Source: an uncultured Merdimonas sp.
GTDB lineage: Bacteria > Bacillota > Clostridia > Lachnospirales > Lachnospiraceae
Direction: 5' to 3'
Length of the DNA: 64,000 nucleotides
Assembly (NCBI GenBank): GCA_944375885.1
Contig: CALWBB010000001.1
Span: 42,166-106,165, forward strand
Shown: in pieces, positions 38,425 to 46,973 of the stretch
How the letters are laid out: each line of letters opens with the position of its first letter
Numbering within the stretch: position 1 is the first letter of the stretch
Translations under genes and position numbers: made by a program
The notes under the pieces: model-generated
What the model saw: the letters and a program-made list of their open reading frames with translations, nothing else
Told to the model about the DNA's origin: nothing
Database searches by the model: none

Positions 38425-39879
38425 ATGAAACTTGATTTTGAATACGGCCACGGCCTTATGTCGGCAGAGCTGCCTGACACCACAGACGTATTCATTCCCG
38501 GAAAGACAGTCCCGGATCCGCCCTGCATTCCGGAGGAGGAGATTTATGAGAAGACGAGGGAATCTGTCCGCAATCCCATGGGAATGGAGCCGCTCTCGAA
38601 GCTGGCCCATAAAGGGAGCACAGTAGTTTTCGTCATCCCGGATATCGTAAAAGGCGGCTGCCAGCCAACCTCCCACCGCAAGGTGGCGATCCAGGTGATC
38701 CTGGAAGAGCTTTACGCTGCTGGCGTAGAGAAGAAGGATATTCTCCTTCTGTTCTCCAACGGCCTCCATCCCAGGACGACGGTTCCGGAGATGAAGCAGA
38801 TCCTCGGAGAGAAGCTCTTTAATGAGTTCTACTGGACACATCAGATTACCAGCCACGATTCGGAGGATTACGAGCATCTGGTAGATCTGGGCTGTACGGC
38901 CCGGGGAGACCGCGTGCTGATGAACAAATACGTTTATGACTGCGATATCCCGATCCTGATCGGCCATACCCAGGGCAACCCCTACGGCGGCTACTCAGGC
39001 GGATACAAGCACTGCGCCACCGGTATTACCCACTGGAGATCCATCGCGACCCACCATGTGCCGGATGTCATGCACCGGGCTGACTTTACCCCGGTGTCCG
39101 GCCACAGCCTGATGCGCACCAAATTCGACGAGATCGGAATGCACATGGAGGAGAAGATGGGCCATCCCTTCTTCTGCTGCGATGCCGTCCTGGATACCTA
39201 TTCCAGACAGATCGAGATCAACAGCGGATACGCCAAGGTGATGCAGCCCAAGTCCTGGATTATGGCAAATAAGCGCACCTATGTACCTTTCGCGGAAAAG
39301 AAGTACGATGTGATGGTATTTGGAATGCCCCAGAATTTCCACTACGGAGACGGAATGGGCACGAACCCGATCCAGATGATGCAGGCGCTTAGCGCCCAGG
39401 TCATCCGGCACAAGCGCGTGATGAAGGAAAACTGCGTGATCATCTGCTCTTCCATCTGCAACGGCTACTTCCATGACGAGCGCTGGCCGTACCTGCGCGA
39501 GCTGTATGAGATGTTCCAGCATGATTACATGAATATTCTGCCGGATATGGACCGCTACGGCGAGTACTTCGCGACCAATGAGGAATATGTCCGCAAATAC
39601 CGCTTCTGCAACGCCTTCCACCCGTTCCATGGCTTCTCCATGATGAGCTGCGGCCACATCGCGGAGATGAACACGGCGGCAATCTATATCGTGGGCGCCC
39701 AGGAGCCGGGAATCGCCAGAGGCATGGGGCTTAAGACAAGGGCGACCTTTGAGGAGGCCCTGGAGGACGCGAAGAAGAAATTCGTAGGGCCAAATCCCAA
39801 TATCCTGGCCTTGCCCCAGACCTTTAAGCTGGGAGCCGTCCATCTGTGCATGAAGGATGACGACCTGTCAGACGTATAA
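38425..39879 (+). CDS. LarA-superfamily (nickel-pincer) hydroxy-acid racemase/epimerase, divergent
   Basis: NP.GMEPL, VIPD, NGLH, SHDSED, GGYSGGYK, THH. Confidence 0.8.
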   Translation: MKLDFEYGHGLMSAELPDTTDVFIPGKTVPDPPCIPEEEIYEKTRESVRNPMGMEPLSKLAHKGSTVVFVIPDIVKGGCQPTSHRKVAIQVILEELYAAGVEKKDILLLFSNGLHPRTTVPEMKQILGEKLFNEFYWTHQITSHDSEDYEHLVDLGCTARGDRVLMNKYVYDCDIPILIGHTQGNPYGGYSGGYKHCATGITHWRSIATHHVPDVMHRADFTPVSGHSLMRTKFDEIGMHMEEKMGHPFFCCDAVLDTYSRQIEINSGYAKVMQPKSWIMANKRTYVPFAEKKYDVMVFGMPQNFHYGDGMGTNPIQMMQALSAQVIRHKRVMKENCVIICSSICNGYFHDERWPYLRELYEMFQHDYMNILPDMDRYGEYFATNEEYVRKYRFCNAFHPFHGFSMMSCGHIAEMNTAAIYIVGAQEPGIARGMGLKTRATFEEALEDAKKKFVGPNPNILALPQTFKLGAVHLCMKDDDLSDV

Positions 39880-39917
39880 TGTTAAGAAGACCTGCAGAGC
39901 AAAAGGCAGGATCGAGA

Positions 39918-39951
39918 GGAAGGGGGCGCCGCTTTAGCGGCGCCCCCTTCC
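39918..39951. terminator. Bidirectional GC-rich hairpin between convergent operons
   Basis: GGAAGGGGGCGCCGCT-tt-AGCGGCGCCCCCTTCC perfect inverted repeat. Confidence 0.75.
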
Positions 39952-40085
39952 CACACGTAAACTATAAAGAAAGAGATTATATTCAGCCGCAGGTTGGGCG
40001 GCGGGAATATCGAAGGCTCCCGCGGCGCGGAGGAATTCAAAGCGCCGCGGGATTTGTGTATTGGACTGAGGCGGTTTCGGCTGCC

Positions 40086-40970
40086 TCAGATTTTCCCTTC
40101 TTTTTTCAGCTCCAGCAGGATGTCTATGATGTGCTGGGTGCTGTCGGCGCAGTATACGCCGGCCTCGCGAAGGACTTTTTCTTTGTTTTCAGCGCTTCCG
40201 GTGCCGTCTGCGGAGACGATGGCCCCCGCGTGGCCCATGCTGCGGCCTTTTGGGGCATTCTTTCCGGCGATCAGGGCGACCACTGGCTTGGAGAAGTGCT
40301 CTTTGATGTAGGCGGCGGCCAGTTCTTCTTCGCTTCCTCCGATCTCGCCGATGATGACGACGGCTTTGGTGTCCGGATCCGCCTCAAAATCTGGGAGCAG
40401 TTCTACAAAGGTAGTTCCGGGGATCATATCGCCCCCTACGCCTACGCAGGTGGACTGGCCGATACCGTTGTCGGTCATCATTTTTACGGTTTCATAGCAG
40501 TTGGTGGCGCTCCGGCTCATGACGCCTACGCTGCCGGGAGAGAAGAAATAGCCTGCCATGAAGCCGGCTTTTGTCTTGCCCGGCGAGATGACGCCAAAGG
40601 AGTTGGGCCCGAAGAGCTTTACCCCTCTTGCCTTGGCCAGGTGATAGCAGAACATCATGTCATGAACCGGCACATGCTCGGCGATGGTGAAGATCATTTT
40701 CATGCCTGCGTCGATGGCCTCCAGTACGGAATCCTTCATGAACCTCGCGGGCACAAAGATGACGGTGGCGTCCGCTCCTGTGGCTGCCAGGGCCTCGCGG
40801 ACGGTATTGAAGACTGGGAGGCCGCAGACTTCCTGTCCGCCTTTGCCGGGGGTGACGCCTCCCACGACTTTGGTGCCGTATTTCAGCATCTGTTCTGTGT
40901 GATAGGAGCCTTCGCGGCCCGTGATGCCCTGTACGATCAATTTTGTGTTTTCGTCGATTAAAATGCTCAT
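40086..40970 (-). CDS. sucD: ADP-forming acyl-CoA ligase alpha subunit (succinyl-CoA synthetase family)
   Basis: [33 protein letters not shown] phospho-His. Confidence 0.9.
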   Translation of the reverse strand: MSILIDENTKLIVQGITGREGSYHTEQMLKYGTKVVGGVTPGKGGQEVCGLPVFNTVREALAATGADATVIFVPARFMKDSVLEAIDAGMKMIFTIAEHVPVHDMMFCYHLAKARGVKLFGPNSFGVISPGKTKAGFMAGYFFSPGSVGVMSRSATNCYETVKMMTDNGIGQSTCVGVGGDMIPGTTFVELLPDFEADPDTKAVVIIGEIGGSEEELAAAYIKEHFSKPVVALIAGKNAPKGRSMGHAGAIVSADGTGSAENKEKVLREAGVYCADSTQHIIDILLELKKEGKI

Positions 40971-42130
40971 AGCCTGTCCCTCCTATCTGCAAGAGCCTTG
41001 ACGCATTCCCGCAAGCCGGGTACAGATACGATATCCACGTCTTTGATGCTGTCAATGATGGAAAGGCCAGTCTCCTTGTTGGTTCCTTCCATGCGGACGA
41101 CCACAATCTTGTCCTGGTGCTGTCCCTCCAGGGCCAGCTTTACGCCGCCGGCGACTTCATCGCAGCGGGTGATGCCTCCGAAGATGTTGATCAGGACGGC
41201 TTTTACGCCAGGCGTAGAGAAGAGGATGCGCATGGCCTCCTTGATACGGCCGGCCGTAGCTCCTCCGCCCAGATCCAGCGCGGCGCTGACCTTCATGCCT
41301 TCCTTGGAGATCAGATCGATGCAGCTCATCAACATGCCGGAGCCGTTGGAAGCCACGGCAATGGTTCCTCCCTCTTCGATGGGGATGTAGAGGAAGTTGT
41401 AGGCGGCAGCCTCCTTGATCAGCGGGTTGTCCGGCTGCAGCTTCTCTGCGAACTCCTGGATGTCGGGCAGGCGGAAGAGGGCGCTGTCGTCGATATCGAT
41501 CTTGCCGTCCAGGGCAGTCAGCGTATCTTCGGCGTTGATAACCAGAGGGTTAATCTCCACCAGCATACAGCTGTAATCCATAAAGAGGGCGTACAGCTTG
41601 GCGAGCAGAGAGGCCAGCTGCTTTTTGCAGCTGCGGTCCATGCCGGATCTGGAGAGCAGATATTCTGCCATATAGTCCTTGATGCCCACAAAGGGATCGA
41701 TGGCCAGCTTGATAATTTTGTCGGGATCCTCCTTGGCGGTCTGCTCGATCTCCATACCGCCGTTGGCGGAAAAGATGATGATTGGCCGCTTGGTCAGGCG
41801 ATCCAGCATGATGGAAAGATACAGCTCCGTTTTGTTGTTTTCAGATTTTTCCACGATAAGAAGCTGATTTACTTTATAGCCGCGAAGCTCGGAAAACAGC
41901 AGATCCTCGCAGTGCTGTTTGGCTTCCTGCGGCGTGTCGGCAAAGCGGATGCCGCCCGCTTTGCCCCGGCCGCCGATCTGCACCTGGGCTTTTACGACCA
42001 CAGGGTAGTGAAGGCCAGCCTTTTCGATCTCTTCCTCCACGTGCTCGGAGGAAGAGATCACACAGCCGTTCATGGTGGGAACCTGGTATTTGTGAAAAAG
42101 CTCCTGTGCCTTGTATTCCAGTAATTTCAA
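40967..42130 (-). CDS. sucC: ADP-forming acyl-CoA ligase beta subunit (succinyl-CoA synthetase family)
   Basis: KLLEYKA, VKAQVQIGGRGKAGGI, EINPL, NIFGGITRCD, RMEGTN. Confidence 0.9.
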   Translation of the reverse strand: MKLLEYKAQELFHKYQVPTMNGCVISSSEHVEEEIEKAGLHYPVVVKAQVQIGGRGKAGGIRFADTPQEAKQHCEDLLFSELRGYKVNQLLIVEKSENNKTELYLSIMLDRLTKRPIIIFSANGGMEIEQTAKEDPDKIIKLAIDPFVGIKDYMAEYLLSRSGMDRSCKKQLASLLAKLYALFMDYSCMLVEINPLVINAEDTLTALDGKIDIDDSALFRLPDIQEFAEKLQPDNPLIKEAAAYNFLYIPIEEGGTIAVASNGSGMLMSCIDLISKEGMKVSAALDLGGGATAGRIKEAMRILFSTPGVKAVLINIFGGITRCDEVAGGVKLALEGQHQDKIVVVRMEGTNKETGLSIIDSIKDVDIVSVPGLRECVKALADRRDRL

Positions 42131-42136
42131 GATGTA

Positions 42137-43510
42137 TTACCCCCAGATTTCTTCGTCAGTGGGCGCTGTGGCGCCTGGTCTTACAGTGGCAATGCGGCTT
42201 ACGTTGAAAAGATGCCTCCAGCTTACGTTTTCGCTTAAGGTGTTGCCGCCCCAGCTTCCGCAGCCCAGCGTGGTGGTTGCGGAAAGGCTGTTGAACAGGC
42301 TTCCGCCATTGTTGGTAGAGCAGATCTGGTTGATGAGGAAACGGGATACGGGCAGGATCTCGGCTGCCTGCTCGATGTGCGCCTGGTTGTTGGAGTGGAT
42401 CGCCACGCTGTGGCCGCGTCCCTCTACGGAGAGGTTGGCGTCCGCGATGGCGATGGCTTCCTCCCAGGTATCGTAGGTGTACAGGGCCATGACGGGGCAC
42501 ATTTTCTCCTTGGAGAAGTAATCAGCCTTGCCATAGGCCGGAGCTTTTACAAGCAGCACGCGTGTGTCCCCGGGAACTTTAAGCCCGGCAGCCTCCGCTA
42601 CCTTGAGGGCAGACTGGCCGACCAGGTTCTTGTTCATGACGCCGTTCGGGAACATGGCATCGCGCAGCGCATCGATTTCCGCCGGATCTTCTACCACATA
42701 GCCTTTGTTCTTCCGGTATTCTTCGATAAGCTCGTCTGCCCTGGAGGCCGGGGTGATGGCATTCTGTTCGCCGGAGCAGATAATTCCGTTGTCAAAGCAG
42801 CGTCCGTCGATGATCATCGGAACAGTCTTGGAGTAGTCTACGTCGTCATCCAGGATGCACTGTACGTTTCCGGCGCCTACGCCGTAGGACGGCTTTCCGG
42901 AAGAGTAAGCGGCCTTTACGACGCCTGGTCCTCCTGTGGCCAGGACGACATCGCAGGCCTGCATCAAAAGGCCGGAGATCTCCATCGTCGGCTCTGGAAC
43001 GCACTGAATCAGATTTTCCGGCGCGCCCAGCTTTGCGAGGCGTTCGTTGATCAGCTCTACAGTCTTATGGCTGCAGGCCTTGGAACGGGGGTGGGGCCCT
43101 ATGATGACGGCGTTGCGCCCCTTTACAGCGAACATGGCATTGCACATGGGGGTGACGATGGGGTTGGTAGTCGGCGTAATGGCCGCGACCACGCCCATGG
43201 GTTTCGCGACCTCGGTGATGCCCTTCTTGGGATAGCGGTTGATGATGCCGACGCTTTTCCCGCCCTTCATGTCGTTCCAGATGACGCGGGCCTTCCCCCT
43301 GTTTTTTGTAACCTTGTCCTCGTAGACGCCCATGCGGGTTTCTTCTACAGCCATTTTGGCCAGCAGTTCGGCGTTGTCATAGACGGTCTTGGCAATCTCG
43401 CGGCAGAGTGCGTCTACTTGTTCCTGGGTATATCCCTCTACGATTTTCTGCGCGGCGCGCGCTTTTTCTACGAGGCTGTCTACATATTCTTTTGCTTCCA
43501 TAATATCCAT
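42137..43510 (-). CDS. CoA-acylating aldehyde dehydrogenase (clostridial succinate-semialdehyde dehydrogenase-like)
   Basis: PMGVVAAITPTTNP, ATGGPGVVKAAYSSGKP..GVGAGN, FDNGIICSGEQ, EKMCPV, TLGCGSWGGN. Confidence 0.9.
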   Translation of the reverse strand: MDIMEAKEYVDSLVEKARAAQKIVEGYTQEQVDALCREIAKTVYDNAELLAKMAVEETRMGVYEDKVTKNRGKARVIWNDMKGGKSVGIINRYPKKGITEVAKPMGVVAAITPTTNPIVTPMCNAMFAVKGRNAVIIGPHPRSKACSHKTVELINERLAKLGAPENLIQCVPEPTMEISGLLMQACDVVLATGGPGVVKAAYSSGKPSYGVGAGNVQCILDDDVDYSKTVPMIIDGRCFDNGIICSGEQNAITPASRADELIEEYRKNKGYVVEDPAEIDALRDAMFPNGVMNKNLVGQSALKVAEAAGLKVPGDTRVLLVKAPAYGKADYFSKEKMCPVMALYTYDTWEEAIAIADANLSVEGRGHSVAIHSNNQAHIEQAAEILPVSRFLINQICSTNNGGSLFNSLSATTTLGCGSWGGNTLSENVSWRHLFNVSRIATVRPGATAPTDEEIWG

Positions 43511-43596
43511 ACCTTCCTCTCTTTTATCATCTTTTTTGTTATGGCGGGGCTGGCCGCCGGATCTTTTCGGCGGCTGGCCTGCCGTGGGAACTTGGT

Positions 43597-44850
43597 TTAT
43601 GGCTGTCCGGGACAGGGCAGCGTGGAGCCGCCGTAAGGCATCACGATCACGGACGCGTCTTTTCCGTAACGCTCCAGGGCTTCGTCCAGGGCCGCCTGGG
43701 GGTCGGCGCAGGGCGTCAGGTGTACGCTGCGGATAAAATCTGGGTCGAGATCACTGTACAGGACGATCCCCACTTTTTTCAGCACCATGGCGATGGCGGC
43801 AGCCTTATGGCCTCCCAGCTGGAATTCCCGGGAGATGTGCCCGATCATATCGGAAGCCTTTTTGTGCCCGGTCATCCATTTTTCAAATACACGCTCGCCC
43901 AGCCCCTCCTTTGCGGAGGCGATCCAGAGAATTGTCCCGCCGTCACGCACCGCGTGCTTCGCGTTGTCCAGGGCCTTCTGGGCCTGGTAGAGATTGATAT
44001 CCTTCGGGTAGCCGCCCGCCGATACGACGACGATATCGGCTTTCCTTGGAATTTTTACTTTATAAAGGGCGTCGAGAAAACGGCAGCCCTCCCGGTGCGC
44101 CTCCAGGAAATGGCCGGCTACGCAGCGCCGTACCACTTTTTTCTCGTCCAGCACTACATTTACAATAAACGTGACAGGCACAAACTTTTCACAGACCTCA
44201 TCAATATCCTCGCGGATGGGATTGCCTTTTAAAACTCCGGCCTTCGCGGCTTCCTGCACCATGCGGGAATGGTTGGCCTGGATGGCGTCCCGGGTGGAGA
44301 CGCCCGGCATGATGGCCTTGGCGCCGCCGCTGTAGCCGGCGAAATAGTGGAACTCAATGTTTCCCAGGCAGATCCGCACGTCAGCCTCCGCCACAGGGCG
44401 GAAGATATCCACGGGCGTACCGCGGCTTGTGGTTCCCATATGTACGAAATCTCCTTTGGAGTCCACGCATTTTATGCGGCGGAACACCTCTTCGCCTGCC
44501 AGCTTTTTCATCTCTTCCTCTGTGTGCGCCCGGTGGCTTCCCAGGGCGAAGACGATGGTGATGTCTTCGTCTGGGATGCCGCCTTCTCCGAGCTCTTTTA
44601 ATACAGGAGGCAGGACCAGGTAAGAGGGCATGGGACGTGTGATGTCGCTGGTGACGATGGCCACCTTCTGCCCGGGCGTTACCAGATCCCGCAGTCTGGG
44701 AGACCCGATAGGATGTTCCAGGGCGCGCTCTACCTCGGCGGCGCCGCTTGCATCTGTTTCCACCGCGTTGGGCGTCAGCACCTGGAGCAGGTTCGCGTCA
44801 GGGATGGTAAGTTCTATTTTCTCTTTTCCGAAGGGAAGTTCTGCTCTCAT
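43597..44850 (-). CDS. larA: Nickel-dependent lactate racemase family protein
   Basis: ALEHPIGS, SDITRP, ALGSHR, HYFAGYSGGAK..PG, NH, GGYPKDINLYQAQK, P.GG. Confidence 0.9.
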   Translation of the reverse strand: MRAELPFGKEKIELTIPDANLLQVLTPNAVETDASGAAEVERALEHPIGSPRLRDLVTPGQKVAIVTSDITRPMPSYLVLPPVLKELGEGGIPDEDITIVFALGSHRAHTEEEMKKLAGEEVFRRIKCVDSKGDFVHMGTTSRGTPVDIFRPVAEADVRICLGNIEFHYFAGYSGGAKAIMPGVSTRDAIQANHSRMVQEAAKAGVLKGNPIREDIDEVCEKFVPVTFIVNVVLDEKKVVRRCVAGHFLEAHREGCRFLDALYKVKIPRKADIVVVSAGGYPKDINLYQAQKALDNAKHAVRDGGTILWIASAKEGLGERVFEKWMTGHKKASDMIGHISREFQLGGHKAAAIAMVLKKVGIVLYSDLDPDFIRSVHLTPCADPQAALDEALERYGKDASVIVMPYGGSTLPCPGQP

Positions 44851-46223
44851 CTAAAATCATCCTCAATTTCCTGGTAGGCTGCTGTAAACTGATTGAAGAA
44901 TGCCACAAAAGGCGGATACTCATAGATGTTCTCCCAGGTCAGCAGCCCGTCCTCCGGATCGGACAGGGCCTTATTGAAGACTTCGCTGGTTCTCAGGGTT
45001 TCCAGATATTTTTCCTCCACAGGTTGCTCCATGATGGAGGCGATAGGCGCCGGATCTGCGTCAAATTCGCGGATCTTTCCGGGAACGGTGGTGATAAGTC
45101 CGGGCGCGCCTCCCACCGGGGCAAAGGAGTTCTGGATATGCCAGGGGCCGCGCACGGCGGCTGTCATGATGGAGAGGTTCTTATATCCTTTGTCGGACAG
45201 CATCTTGTAGGATTTGCGGATCACCGCCTCGGAACCATGGCGTGCGATAAGCTTCGCGTCCTCCACGCCCTTCGCTTCCAGCTCTTTCGCGATCTGATCG
45301 TCCAGCTGTCCTGCCATCAGCACCAGGTAGCCGGGTTTGCTTCCCTTACTCAGGATCTTGGCGAAAGCCGCATGCTGGGTGATAGTAAAATTCAATGTCA
45401 TGCAGACTTTATAGTTTTTCTCAAGAAGAACCTGCGCTGCCCTGAAAGCGGGTTCTACAGCCGGAAGCTTGAATACGACGTTCGGCTCCTCTACGCCAAG
45501 CTCCTTTTTCATGGCCTCATGCCAGAAATCGGCCTGGGCGATCATCGCTTCTGTATTTTTCACTTCACGGGGATCCACCTGCATGCAGACAAAGCCATAC
45601 TGTTTGTCTGTGGCTTCAAAAATCGGATAAAGGGCCCTGGCGCTGATGGCGCACACCTTGGTGAACATCTGGGCAGCCAACACGGAGGCGTCCGCCCCGG
45701 CGTTCTCCCGTTTAATCTCAGATATAAGATCCTGGTAGTGTTCCGGGAAATCCTTCTTGAAGGCCTGAATCTTGCAGGGGTTGCTCGTCACCCAGCGTGC
45801 GCCTCTTCTCAAAGAATAGGTAAGGCCGGAAGCGTAGTCGTGGCCCCAGACGGTGTTGGCTTCGCCTGCCTTCGTCATATCGCACATTTTGCATACAGCG
45901 CTTCGGGCAATGTCCTGGATTTCCGCGCGCGCCTTGTCCGCCGCTACCTTCCCCCCGAAATGTTCAGTAAAGGCCAGAAGATCATCGGAAGCAGCTTTGA
46001 TTTCCTCTGGCGTTACCATGCTGTCCAGAACCCATTTGGACAGCCAGGAACAGAGATCTACGGCGATGCCTGCGGAAGTATCCAGGTAGAAATCCTTCCC
46101 TGTGGGATGGTCTGCGATCAGAGCCTTCAGATCGCTTTTCAGTGCATCCAGCTGCTGGCGGAAGTCCTCTGCGGACTTCGGGAATAGGACTGGATTGCGT
46201 TTTTTGACTAGAAATTGATCCAT
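44847..46223 (-). CDS. Transaldolase-family protein with long N-terminal extension
   Basis: GHD, TSNP, MQVDPR, VVFKLP Schiff-base Lys, MTLNF; AGGAGG RBS before MDQF. Confidence 0.8.
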   Translation of the reverse strand: MDQFLVKKRNPVLFPKSAEDFRQQLDALKSDLKALIADHPTGKDFYLDTSAGIAVDLCSWLSKWVLDSMVTPEEIKAASDDLLAFTEHFGGKVAADKARAEIQDIARSAVCKMCDMTKAGEANTVWGHDYASGLTYSLRRGARWVTSNPCKIQAFKKDFPEHYQDLISEIKRENAGADASVLAAQMFTKVCAISARALYPIFEATDKQYGFVCMQVDPREVKNTEAMIAQADFWHEAMKKELGVEEPNVVFKLPAVEPAFRAAQVLLEKNYKVCMTLNFTITQHAAFAKILSKGSKPGYLVLMAGQLDDQIAKELEAKGVEDAKLIARHGSEAVIRKSYKMLSDKGYKNLSIMTAAVRGPWHIQNSFAPVGGAPGLITTVPGKIREFDADPAPIASIMEQPVEEKYLETLRTSEVFNKALSDPEDGLLTWENIYEYPPFVAFFNQFTAAYQEIEDDFR

Positions 46224-46284
46224 AAAGTGTTCCTCCTTTTGTTTAAGAATAGATATATACCAGTGCGGTACTGATAAAGAAATT

Positions 46285-46784
46285 TGGTTTTTAAATACCA
46301 TTTATAATTTGGATTTTATGACTGAAAACTTTTTGTGTCAATACATAATATGCAAAAAACACATGGTTTTTAAAAATCCAAAACCTATGTAAAACACTGA
46401 ATATAGAAGAAATAAAAGAGAATGCATGAATAATTATTATTAAAAAATGAATAATTATTCTAAATGGGATAAAAGAAGAGAGAAAGGAAAAGATGGTTTT
46501 TAAAATACCAAAAAGCAAGGGTGCTGTTTTCGTGTGTTGAACAAAAAAAGGACAGGGAGACAGGGTGGCGGCTATGGAAATAAAAATGCATAAAAAACCA
46601 AAAATAATGAGATGAGGAAGAAAAACATATGTGAAAAAATGCCAAAGCTGGTTTATTAAAAACCAGTTGCAATCGTAAAAAATACCTGATAGACTAATAA
46701 AAAGAAACATATTTTGTGCTAAATAACTACAAAATAGAGAAAAAACAAGAAAAGAAAAAAATGTAAATGGTTTGAAAAAAACCA
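46285..46784. promoter_or_regulatory. Five TGGTTT-N5-AAACCA-like palindromes (probable GntR/FadR operators)
   Basis: Copies start at 46285, 46364, 46494, 46649 and 46768 in the AT-rich divergent intergenic region. Confidence 0.65.
46313..46341 (-). promoter_or_regulatory. Sigma-A promoter of the minus-strand transaldolase operon
   Basis: Reverse strand TTGACA-17 nt-TAAAAT. Confidence 0.7.
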
Positions 46785-46973
46785 AAATATATAAAGGTGA
46801 GAATGAAAGCAAAGAGAACAAAAAACGGAAGAAAAAACCAAGAACATATTAGCTGAGGAGGTGAAAATAGAGTCTATACATGTGATTGGTTTGGAAGGAT
46901 GATAATCCTGAAATAAAAATTTTTAAGATTTTCATTTTTAGAATGTATTGGAGAGAAAGGTAGGGAAAAGAGT

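Noticed and set aside
40086-42130. Treating sucCD as a housekeeping TCA-cycle enzyme
   Set aside because: No other TCA genes are adjacent and the pair is embedded in a catabolic operon. The symbols are family labels only.
28132-46223. Calling the clusters a known sulfoquinovose (sulfo-TK/sulfo-TAL) pathway
   Set aside because: No GH31 sulfoquinovosidase, SQ isomerase or TauE exporter was recognised in the window, and the transaldolases are atypical. Only the architecture is analogous.
46291-46821. 176-aa Phe/Ile-rich ORF in the AT-rich intergenic region
   Set aside because: Composition simply reflects poly-T tracts; it overlaps a promoter and the operator array, and no convincing RBS is visible.
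46224-46973. CRISPR-like reading of the spaced palindromes
   Set aside because: Repeats are only 16-17 bp, degenerate and irregularly spaced (79-155 bp), with no cas genes.
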